The notes under the pieces: generated by a model
The model's input: the letters and a program-made list of their open reading frames with translations, nothing else
Database searches by the model: none
What the model was told of the DNA's origin: nothing
Assembly (NCBI GenBank): GCA_049968255.1
Contig: JBMFRB010000001.1
Coordinates: 224,001-288,000, forward strand
Length of the DNA: 64,000 bases
Reading direction: 5' to 3'
From: Candidatus Sumerlaeaceae bacterium
Lineage (GTDB): Bacteria > Sumerlaeota > Sumerlaeia > Sumerlaeales > Sumerlaeaceae
Shown here: one piece after another, positions 51,893 to 60,071 of the stretch
Position numbering within the stretch: position 1 is the stretch's first letter
Layout: the number at the start of each line of letters is the position of its first letter
Translations under genes and position numbers: made by a program

Positions 51893-53647
51893 TTAGCCGG
51901 CCGCTTCGAGCTCAGTGAGGAGGCGCAACAGGTCATCCATTTTGTCTTCCAGCGCATCCTTGTCGCCTGCGTTGAGCAGATCTTTGAGCTGCTGAGCCTG
52001 CTCGCGCACCTGCTTGGCCAGTGGATGCGAGCCATGTGCAGAAAGCAGCGCGTTTGCCCGCGAGATGAGATTCTGAGCTTCGTCCACGATGGACTGCTTC
52101 ATCCGTTCGCGGAGCATGCGGGTGACGCGCTCGCGGGCTTCCTTGATCATGCGCTGCTTTTCGGCCTCCGACAAACGCGTTGCTGTGGCGGCAATGGTGA
52201 TTTTCTTCTCGACACCTGTCGCGAGATCTTCGGCCCGGACCTCGAGAATGCGGTCTGCATTGAGCTTGAACGTTACTTCGATGCGTGGGACCCCACGCGG
52301 TGCAGGTGTAATCCCCTCAATGCGCAACAGATCGAGGAAGGTGTTCTCGGATGCAATGGGCTCCTCCCCTTCGTATATGGGGAAGCTGATGGCTTCCTGA
52401 AAATCACGGGTTGTGGTGAAGATGTCTTTAGCTTCTGTGGGATAGGTCGAGTTGCGCTCGATGATTGGGGCAAACTGGTCGTTCTGAAGTCCAACACCGA
52501 GGGAGAACGGCGTCATGTGAATAATAACGGGCTTTTCTTTTCCGTAGCGAGCCGCAAGAGTGTCCTCGATGTCGCCGCCCAGCGGAGCGAGGACGAGTGA
52601 CTGCACCGCAGCTCCCATGGCCACAACTTCATCCGGCGAAATGTCCCGATGGGGCGTTTTGCCAAGCGTTTCCTTGACCACGCGTTGGATAGCTGGCATG
52701 CGCGTCTGACCACCGACCAACAGAATTGTATCAATCTTCTCCGGGGTGAGATGCGCATCTTCGATTGCTTTGAGCATTGGCTCGATCGTGGCTTTCACGA
52801 GATCATCGGTGAGCGCTTCGAGTGTTTGGCGCGTCAGGACAGTGTCGAGCGTGAGTGGCCCCTTCTCGGTCATTGTGATGGCTTCGACCAGGATGTGGGT
52901 TTCTTTCAGCTCGCTCAATTCTATCTTCGCTTCTTCGGCCGCTTCTTTTAGGCGCTGCATCGCGATAGGATCGTCGCTGAGATCAATGCCGTGTTGATTC
53001 TTGAACTCTTCGAGCAGCCACTCCTGGATGCGTTTGTCAAAATCGTCGCCGCCGAGGTGCGTATTGCCTTGAATGGCTAGCACCTGAAAAACGCCGGACA
53101 TGACTTCGATGATAGAGACGTCGAACGTGCCGCCCCCCAGGTCGTAAACGAGGATTGTTTGATCCTCGGCTTTGTCCATGCCGTAAGCGAGAGCGGCGGC
53201 CGTGGGCTCGTCGATGATTCGTCGCACCTTGAGGCCGGCAATCTCGCCCGCGTCTTTCGTGGCCTGACGTTGCGCATCGGTAAAATACGCCGGCACAGTG
53301 ATCACTGCCTGGTTGACTTCCTCCCCGAAGTAATCCTCCGTGTCGGTTTTGAGTTTTTGGAGGATCATGGCTGAAATCTCTTGGGGCGTGTACTGCTTTC
53401 CGTCAATGGTGACACGGTAATTTGTGCCCATGTGGCGTTTGATAGAAAACACTGTCCGGCCAACGTTCATCACCGCGGCGCGTTTGGCTTTTTTGCCGAC
53501 AAGGATTTCCCCGCTTTTGGTGAAAGCCACCACCGACGGCGTCAACCGTTCCCCTAGGCTATTGGGTACGATCATTGGGCCGTTCTTCTCGTAAACGGCG
53601 ACCACGGAGTTCGTGGTGCCTAGGTCAATTCCCATGATTCGGCTCAT
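51893..53647 (-). CDS. Hsp70/DnaK-family chaperone, divergent paralog
   Basis: GIDLGTTNS, TVPAYFTDAQRQATKDAG, EPTAAALAYG, DLGGGTFDVS, LVGGQTRMP, PAPRGVPRIEVTF; non-canonical linker and short C-terminus. Confidence 0.93.
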   Translation of the reverse strand: MSRIMGIDLGTTNSVVAVYEKNGPMIVPNSLGERLTPSVVAFTKSGEILVGKKAKRAAVMNVGRTVFSIKRHMGTNYRVTIDGKQYTPQEISAMILQKLKTDTEDYFGEEVNQAVITVPAYFTDAQRQATKDAGEIAGLKVRRIIDEPTAAALAYGMDKAEDQTILVYDLGGGTFDVSIIEVMSGVFQVLAIQGNTHLGGDDFDKRIQEWLLEEFKNQHGIDLSDDPIAMQRLKEAAEEAKIELSELKETHILVEAITMTEKGPLTLDTVLTRQTLEALTDDLVKATIEPMLKAIEDAHLTPEKIDTILLVGGQTRMPAIQRVVKETLGKTPHRDISPDEVVAMGAAVQSLVLAPLGGDIEDTLAARYGKEKPVIIHMTPFSLGVGLQNDQFAPIIERNSTYPTEAKDIFTTTRDFQEAISFPIYEGEEPIASENTFLDLLRIEGITPAPRGVPRIEVTFKLNADRILEVRAEDLATGVEKKITIAATATRLSEAEKQRMIKEARERVTRMLRERMKQSIVDEAQNLISRANALLSAHGSHPLAKQVREQAQQLKDLLNAGDKDALEDKMDDLLRLLTELEAAG

Positions 53648-53656
53648 GGTTCGTCC

Positions 53657-54196
53657 TTAACTCCTCTCATTATAAGCCACAACAACTTTTGCATCCCGAA
53701 GCAGTTTACCCCGGAACATATAGGCTTTTTGCCGTTCACTTATGACCGTGTCATGTGGGTGCTCGGTTGACGGGCGATATTCAACAACATCGTGAATATT
53801 GAGGTCAACCTTTTTCCCAACAGTATTTAGTTGCTGGAGGCCGTAGCTTTCGAGCAAGCGCAAAAGGCGGTAGTAGATGCTCTCCACGGCTTTGAGCCAA
53901 TTGTCGATTTCGTCGTTTTTGGGATAAGCCCGTGCCATGGCCAAGACGCGATCAAAAGCATCGAGCGTGGGCAAAAGCTGCCTGATAAATTTTTCTAATT
54001 CTTCGGGCTTGCCCTGGCACCGGAGGAGTTCCTCCTTCTCGAATTCGAGGTCGGCAAGCCGCTTCATTGTTTCGGCGACGCTCGACAGCAGGTCTTTCTC
54101 GGACACGACCTCGTCGGGCATCTGAAGATTAACCGGTTTTTCGTCAATCACAAACTCGCGAGCGAGAATCGGTTCGAGGATCCACGTATCTTTCAT
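53657..54196 (-). CDS. grpE: Nucleotide exchange factor GrpE (divergent)
   Basis: FIRQLLPTLDAFDR, VDLNIHDVV, RQKAYMFRGKLLRDAKVVV; directly upstream of Hsp70. Confidence 0.88.
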   Translation of the reverse strand: MKDTWILEPILAREFVIDEKPVNLQMPDEVVSEKDLLSSVAETMKRLADLEFEKEELLRCQGKPEELEKFIRQLLPTLDAFDRVLAMARAYPKNDEIDNWLKAVESIYYRLLRLLESYGLQQLNTVGKKVDLNIHDVVEYRPSTEHPHDTVISERQKAYMFRGKLLRDAKVVVAYNERS

Positions 54197-55482
54197 GCGC
54201 GCAGACGAATCTCCGAAATCGCTTTCTTGGCGAGCTTGTTTTTAGGATCTAATTCAAGGACTTTCTGGAACTCCGTGAGGGCTGCACGTCGATCGCCTTT
54301 GCGCAGTAAGGTGTCGGCGATTTCGTAATGGACCTCCCACGCTTTGGGCATGAGCTTCAAAAGTTCCTTGAAATGGACGAGGGCCTGTGTGAAGTGTCCC
54401 CCTTCTTTGAGCTTTTTGCCAACAGCCAAGCGCGCGCGAGCCATGGAATCGCGGATGGAAGAATTTTTCGGATCCTGGGCAAGGGCGCGGCGCCATGTGC
54501 TAAAGGCCATCTCGAACTTGCCCGCATTGAGATAGGCCCACCCGAGCAAATTCACCACATCAATGTTCTTTGGAAATTGCGCGTGGAGACTGAGAAGCTC
54601 CTCGATCGCTTCGTCGAACTTCTGCTCTTCCAAGAGCGTGGCGGCCACATTGTAGCGCGCCTCGAAATCGTTGGGGTTGTACTTGAGAATCTCACGATAC
54701 TGCTCGACAGCTTCCTGCTTAGTTTCGGGTGTTGGTACGCTTTGCAGTGCTCTCCCCCCGTGGTGTTTGTGGACCTCGATGATGCAGTTGCGCAGGTATT
54801 CGTTTGACGGATCTTTTTCCAGCTCCAATTTCCACCGGCGGATCGTTTCTTGCCAATACTTCTCCGCTTGGTCATGGCGTCCGAGCTGCTCGTAAGCAAT
54901 GGCAAGATTATGGATCAGCTCCGTGTTGCCGGGATCCATCTGGAGCGCGAGCTCCCACAAATTCACAGCTTCGTCGAGTAGATCGTGAAGTGCGTAATAA
55001 TAAGCAAGGTAGGCGTAGGCGAAGAACAGATTGTTTTTTGCGCGTTGGTGAGTGGGGTCAAGCTTCAGGACCGCCTGCCAATCTTTGATGGCTTCCGACC
55101 ACAATTTCTTCTGTGCGTTGCGATAGCTGCGCTTCATGTAATTGAGAATAAGCGCAGGTTTGATGGCAGGATTTTCGGGCTCACTTTCGAGCTGTCGCTC
55201 GAGTTCCCTAATTCGGCCGAGAATATCCGGTAGAGGATCTTCCTGTTTTTCCTCAGGCGAAAACGCAAACTCGCCCCTGATGAAATTGTAGGTGAAGACG
55301 TCTTCTTTGGCGCGCTTTACAGGGTCGCGAAGCCGGTCATAAGCGTTTTGGATGATCATGAAGCGCTCGGAGTGCTGCTCGGGATCGTAGCGCTTCACAA
55401 GCTCGATGTAAGCGCGCTTAATTTCCTGCTCGCTGGCCCCTTTGCGCAGGTTCAGTATGGCATAAGCGCTTTGCTCTGGCAT
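54193..55482 (-). CDS. J-domain (DPE instead of HPD) plus multi-TPR protein
   Basis: AYAILNLRKGASEQEIKRAYIELVKRYDPE..ERFMIIQNAYDRLRDP; many TPRs (e.g. WELALQMDPGN, FQKVLELDPKN). Confidence 0.88.
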   Translation of the reverse strand: MPEQSAYAILNLRKGASEQEIKRAYIELVKRYDPEQHSERFMIIQNAYDRLRDPVKRAKEDVFTYNFIRGEFAFSPEEKQEDPLPDILGRIRELERQLESEPENPAIKPALILNYMKRSYRNAQKKLWSEAIKDWQAVLKLDPTHQRAKNNLFFAYAYLAYYYALHDLLDEAVNLWELALQMDPGNTELIHNLAIAYEQLGRHDQAEKYWQETIRRWKLELEKDPSNEYLRNCIIEVHKHHGGRALQSVPTPETKQEAVEQYREILKYNPNDFEARYNVAATLLEEQKFDEAIEELLSLHAQFPKNIDVVNLLGWAYLNAGKFEMAFSTWRRALAQDPKNSSIRDSMARARLAVGKKLKEGGHFTQALVHFKELLKLMPKAWEVHYEIADTLLRKGDRRAALTEFQKVLELDPKNKLAKKAISEIRLRA

Positions 55483-55625
55483 TGTTGTCTGCGGTTACCC
55501 AGCCTCAGCTTTTCGATTTTCTCAACACGATCGTAGTGTTCACTTCAAAGGAGAGCAACATAAAACCGTTCCTCTCTCGCTGCCATGCGGATCGCTGCAA
55601 TCGACCAATGCTCGTTGCTATTTAC

Positions 55626-55662
55626 CCCCCGCCTCCTGTTTGTGGTCAACAGTCGGCGGGGG
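55626..55662. terminator. GC-rich hairpin between the glycoside hydrolase and the chaperone operon
   Basis: CCCCCGCC-tc-CTGTT...AACAG-tc-GGCGGGGG; no clear U tract on the minus strand. Confidence 0.4.
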
Positions 55663-55681
55663 ACGCCAATTCGTTTTTGTG

Positions 55682-57226
55682 TCACTTTGCATGCATGCCT
55701 GCGGATGCAAGCCAGGTCGCACGGGCACTTTCGTTGCCGCAGCGGTCGACTGCCGAAACAGCGACGATCTCGGGAAGCGCTCCATCTTTGTCTGGCGCAA
55801 ACACCTTCGACTCGACCTGAGCCGGCAGAATTTCGGTAGACCATTTCGAACCCGTTTTTGCGTGCACCACCCAAACACGCACGTCGTTGGGATCCTTGGG
55901 TTTCCAAGCAGCAAGAAGTTTCTGGTCCTCGCGTGTGACTTCGAGCGACGGCTTAGCCGGAACTTTGGCGTCGAGCCAGGGCATCGCAGGAACCAGCGCT
56001 GGCTTGTCATAGATACCTGACGTTGTGAGTTCGTCATTGATGCCAAGACGATTTTCCATGAAGACCGACATGCTGAAATGCACCTGCCCACTGGGCTTGA
56101 CGAGGATGCGCGTCCACTTGATCTGGTTAATGATCTCCTCGGACGTCCAACTGGTCTTGCTCTTATCTCCCACTTTGCTTGTGAAGAGACCAGGCCAAAT
56201 GTGGCGCTTCATTTTATTCTGCTCGCTCCACCACGTCAGCAAAGCCACAAAGCTCTGCTCAGGGGCCGCAATTCGCCAGTAGAGCTGAGGCGTCCAATAG
56301 TCTACCCAACCTTTTTCGAGCCATAAACGTGCATCCGCGTAAAGCTTATCATATTGGCTGAAACCTTTCACTTGGGGCGGATAGCCCGGCTTCCAAATCC
56401 CGAAGGGGCTGAGGCCGAACTTCACCCATGGTTTGTCCTGCTTGATGCCTTTATAGAGGCGTTCCATGAGCGAGTTCACTGCCTGACGACGCCAATCCGC
56501 CCGATCGAGCTTTCCTCCACTACGTCGGTATGCTTGGTATGTCTCCTCATCCGGAAAATCTAGTTCCTTGCCCGTTGCCTTGTCCTTCTCTGGATATGGG
56601 TAAAAATAATCGTCCATGTGCACGCCGTCTATGTCGTAGCGCTTCACGACGTCCATAACGACAGCGTACGTGTGGTCTTGGACTTCTTTATCCGCGGGAT
56701 TCAGCCAGAGATAACTGCCATACTTTTTTACGAGTTGCGGTTTGGTTTTGCTGACGTGGTCTTCCGAAATAGGCCCCTTGTAACTGGGGTGCAAAGCGCG
56801 ATAAGGATTGAACCAGGCATGGAGTTCCAAACCGCGTTTGTGGCATTCGTCGACCGCGAAGGCGAGTGGATCGTAGTAGGGCTCGGGTGCCTTGCCCATT
56901 GTGCCAGTGAGATAGGGCGACCACGGTTCGAGCTTCGAAGCGTAGAGCGCGTCGCAGGCAGGGCGCACTTGAAGCACGATGCCGTTGAGATTCAGGGCCT
57001 TAGCTTTTTCGAGAATCGCAATCAGCTCCGCCTTTTGCTGCTCGACGGAGGAACGCGCCGCGCTGCTTGGCCAATCAATGTTAGCTACGGTAGCCACCCA
57101 TACCCCTCGAAACTCACGTTGCACTTCGGGGAAAGTGGTGACGGAGTCGGCCGAGGGCTTTGCGCTGGCAGCCATCCCGGCCAAGACAACTGCGGCACTC
57201 AATGTGCGGAGCCCTAAGTTTTTCAT
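55682..57226 (-). CDS. Secreted glycosyl hydrolase-like 10 (YddW/DigH family)
   Basis: Signal peptide; REFRGVWVATVANIDWPS, QVRPACDALY, YDPLAF, ELHAWFNPYR, YDIDGVHMDDYFYPY, DYWTPQLYW. Confidence 0.9.
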   Translation of the reverse strand: MKNLGLRTLSAAVVLAGMAASAKPSADSVTTFPEVQREFRGVWVATVANIDWPSSAARSSVEQQKAELIAILEKAKALNLNGIVLQVRPACDALYASKLEPWSPYLTGTMGKAPEPYYDPLAFAVDECHKRGLELHAWFNPYRALHPSYKGPISEDHVSKTKPQLVKKYGSYLWLNPADKEVQDHTYAVVMDVVKRYDIDGVHMDDYFYPYPEKDKATGKELDFPDEETYQAYRRSGGKLDRADWRRQAVNSLMERLYKGIKQDKPWVKFGLSPFGIWKPGYPPQVKGFSQYDKLYADARLWLEKGWVDYWTPQLYWRIAAPEQSFVALLTWWSEQNKMKRHIWPGLFTSKVGDKSKTSWTSEEIINQIKWTRILVKPSGQVHFSMSVFMENRLGINDELTTSGIYDKPALVPAMPWLDAKVPAKPSLEVTREDQKLLAAWKPKDPNDVRVWVVHAKTGSKWSTEILPAQVESKVFAPDKDGALPEIVAVSAVDRCGNESARATWLASAGMHAK

Positions 57227-57336
57227 ATAACCCCTCCAAAATTATTTTACTCTCTTAGCTCTGTCTGCAAGTGGTACTCGATAAGGAGAGGGTCAATTGC
57301 AATCGGATTGTCTGCAATGTTTTGCGTCGAAATTGC

Positions 57337-57366
57337 TTGTTCTCGAACCTCAAAACAACTCATAAT
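57337..57366 (+). promoter_or_regulatory. Candidate sigma70-type promoter
   Basis: TTGTTC-N18-CATAAT in an AT-rich divergent intergenic region, 6 nt before the ATG at 57373. Confidence 0.4.
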
Positions 57367-57372
57367 TACGCT

Positions 57373-57570
57373 ATGATCGCTACGGCACAATTTGTCTGCG
57401 CATATTGCGGCAGCGTGAACGTGATTGAAGTGGATCCGTCGGCCGGCCGACAGCAAGAGTACGAAGAAGATTGCCAAGTGTGCTGCAATCCAAACTTGTT
57501 ACGGATAGCGCTGTGGGACGACGGTCGTGGCGCGGACGTGGACGCAACGCGTGAAGATGGCAACGCGTGA
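57373..57570 (+). CDS. CPXCG-motif cysteine-rich small protein (zinc-ribbon-like)
   Basis: CAYCG...VDPSAG.QQEYEEDCQVCCNP. Confidence 0.85.
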   Translation: MIATAQFVCAYCGSVNVIEVDPSAGRQQEYEEDCQVCCNPNLLRIALWDDGRGADVDATREDGNA

Positions 57571-57768
57571 AGTCATGTGCCCGGACCCGAAGCTCAAGCA
57601 CGTGGCATGATTTACGGCGGGATGCGAGGAGGGGGAAGCGTGCTGCATTTTGCTGCAAGAAGGTGGTAGAAAGTCACAAAAGATATACGAGTATTCGCGA
57701 GTCATTTTGACCACAAGATAACTTTTTGTTCGCTCCCGTTCCCGTGGACGAAGGTTAGGAGGTTATGA

Positions 57769-58314
57769 GTGATGAAGCGGACAGTTCCTGTGGTTCATGT
57801 GAAACTACTGGTTCTTCTCGCGGTGGTGGCGGTGGTGAGTTCAGGCTGCCGCGGCTTCATGAAAGATTCCCCATTTGCTCGTTGGTTTGGAAAAGCTGTC
57901 GGCGCAGGTCAGGGCCCAACGTCGCTCGAGAGCTCGATGCTGCCTGAGCCAATTCGAGATAAAGCAACCCGCAGTGTTCCTGAGCTCCAACCGATTTACT
58001 TCGAGTTCGATAGCGCCGAGCTTCTCGCCCCGGCCAAAGAACAATTGCAGCGCAACGCCGAGTGGCTGAAGCAGAACACCCGCGTGCACGTGCAGATTGA
58101 GGGACATTGCGACGAGCGTGGGACTGCAGAATATAATTACGCACTCGGCCAGCGACGCGCCGACGCAGCGCGGATGTTCCTTATCCAGGAAGGGATCGCT
58201 CCGGCCAGGTTACACACGATCAGCTACGGCGCCGAGAGACCGGCTGATCCGGGTCACAATGACATGGCATGGGCGCGTAATCGGCGGGTTGAATTCAAAA
58301 TTTACGGCGAATAG
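57769..58314 (+). CDS. pal: Peptidoglycan-associated lipoprotein (OmpA_C domain)
   Basis: Lipobox VSSGC; IYFEFDS, IEGHCDERGTAEYNYALGQRRA, ISYGAERP, NRRVEF; AGGAGG RBS. Confidence 0.88.
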   Translation: MMKRTVPVVHVKLLVLLAVVAVVSSGCRGFMKDSPFARWFGKAVGAGQGPTSLESSMLPEPIRDKATRSVPELQPIYFEFDSAELLAPAKEQLQRNAEWLKQNTRVHVQIEGHCDERGTAEYNYALGQRRADAARMFLIQEGIAPARLHTISYGAERPADPGHNDMAWARNRRVEFKIYGE

Positions 58315-58317
58315 CGT

Positions 58318-59271
58318 ATGGCGAGTTCAAGGCATGCATCGGTGTGGCACTCCGGGGGAGGGGTGGCAATGGCTGTGTGGGTCTGTTGTTTCTTGTTGTG
58401 TGCCAGCGCCCTCGCTGGGCCAGACCCCGACACCACTCGAATTGTCTCGCTGCTTCCCTCGTTTACAGAGATTGCGTATGAGTTGGGTGCAGGGGACATG
58501 ATCGTCGGGGTGAGCGACTTTTGCCGTTATCCCACAGCGGCCCAGCAAAAACCGCGAGTCGGAGGGTTGCTAAACCCCAACCTAGAGCGAATGGTGGCCT
58601 TGCAGCCGACAGTGGTCGTGTTAAGCAACGCACAGGGAGATCTGAAAGAAAAGCTTGAACACCTAAAGATAACCGTGCGCACTTTCCCTACCGACACACT
58701 GGAAGATGTGTTCCGCCTCGTGCAGGAAGCAGGGAATTTGTCCGGCTGTCAGGATTCAGCGCGTGCTCTGGAACAGCAACTGCGCGGATGTTTGCGTGCG
58801 ATCGAGAGCGAAACGTCTCGCAGCACACCATGTCGGGTAATTTTGGTCGTAAGCCGACAGCCTGCTTCCCTTCGCGACATCTACGTCGCTGGTCCGACTT
58901 CCTACCTGGGGCAACTTGTGCGAGTGGCCGGGAACATTCCCGTCGCTCCTGATGTCACGAGGGCTTACCCGCCGATCACCAAGGAAGAGATTGTCGCGGC
59001 TAATCCAGACGTGATCCTCGATTTTTCTCTTGGAGAACAAGGTGACAATCCTGTGGCGACGCAGCGTCACCTGGCCGCATGGGAACAATTGTCAACTCTG
59101 GAAGCGGTGAAAAAAAAACAGATTTACGCGCTCTCGGACGCACATGCCACAATTCCTGGTCCTTTTATGTGCGAGACGGCGCGGAAGATTGCGAGTTTTT
59201 TAGCAAACTCACGTCGCGTGGGCGCAGCTGAAAGACCGACACATTTTGGACGAGTTGCAAATCGTCGGTGA
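58318..59271 (+). CDS. ABC transporter substrate-binding protein (BtuF/iron-chelate type)
   Basis: RIVSLLPSFTEI.YELGAG..IVGVSDFCRYP, PNLE, NPDVI, IPGP. Confidence 0.88.
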   Translation: MASSRHASVWHSGGGVAMAVWVCCFLLCASALAGPDPDTTRIVSLLPSFTEIAYELGAGDMIVGVSDFCRYPTAAQQKPRVGGLLNPNLERMVALQPTVVVLSNAQGDLKEKLEHLKITVRTFPTDTLEDVFRLVQEAGNLSGCQDSARALEQQLRGCLRAIESETSRSTPCRVILVVSRQPASLRDIYVAGPTSYLGQLVRVAGNIPVAPDVTRAYPPITKEEIVAANPDVILDFSLGEQGDNPVATQRHLAAWEQLSTLEAVKKKQIYALSDAHATIPGPFMCETARKIASFLANSRRVGAAERPTHFGRVANRR

Positions 59272-60071
59272 ATAGGACCGTTTCCGCCCATTCAACCTCC
59301 CAAGCATGCCTCGTCGCTGATGAGGTCAGCTTTAGTTACGACGGAAAGCGCTGCGTCGTCGAGAGGGTCTCCTTTGATCTGAAAGCAGGCGAGTTTCTTG
59401 GTCTTATTGGGCCGAATGGAGCAGGAAAGTCAACGCTTTTGCGGGTGCTGAGTGGAAGCCTGGCCCCTACAGCAGGTCATGTTCTTCTGAATGGGCACAA
59501 CCTTTATCGGTTAGCAAAATATCAGATCGCTCAACAGATCTCTTTCGTTCCTCAAAAAACTGCAAGTGTTTTTCCCTTTCGCGTGATCGAAATGGTTTTG
59601 ATGGGACGGCAACCGTACGCTGGCTTTGCGCTTTTCGAGGACGAACATGATTTGGAGATTGTGGAGAACGCACTTGAACGCACGGGTATCAAGCATTTGC
59701 GAAACAAATTCTTCCACGAGCTCAGTGGCGGCGAGCAACAGCTCGTCGTGCTGGCGCGCGCCCTGGCCCAGGAAACACGCATTTTGGTGCTTGACGAGCC
59801 TGTAACTTTTCTCGACCTGCGGCATCAGTGGGAGATTTTGTGCATCTTGCGCGAGCTGGTCGAACAAGGTGCGGCCGTGCTCGCCACTTTTCACGATCTG
59901 AATGCAGCAGCGCGCTGGTGCACTGAGGTGGCCTTGATGGTGAGGGGAAGCCTCGTGGCGAAAGGAAATGCGCAGGATGTCTTGCGCGAACACATCCTCT
60001 GGGAAGCTTATGGGCTCCGAGTCAGAGTCGAGAAACGGACCGGCGGTGAGGTGAGGGTCGAGCTTCCATGA
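59268..60071 (+). CDS. ABC transporter ATP-binding protein (BtuD/FecE type)
   Basis: GPNGAGKST, LSGGEQQ, LDEP, HDLN. Confidence 0.93.
   Translation: MNRTVSAHSTSQACLVADEVSFSYDGKRCVVERVSFDLKAGEFLGLIGPNGAGKSTLLRVLSGSLAPTAGHVLLNGHNLYRLAKYQIAQQISFVPQKTASVFPFRVIEMVLMGRQPYAGFALFEDEHDLEIVENALERTGIKHLRNKFFHELSGGEQQLVVLARALAQETRILVLDEPVTFLDLRHQWEILCILRELVEQGAAVLATFHDLNAAARWCTEVALMVRGSLVAKGNAQDVLREHILWEAYGLRVRVEKRTGGEVRVELP

Noticed and set aside
57571-57768. Possible cobalamin riboswitch upstream of pal and the ABC transporter
   Set aside because: The conserved B12-box and GCCCCCGCAACTGT-like elements were not found; only a generic hairpin.
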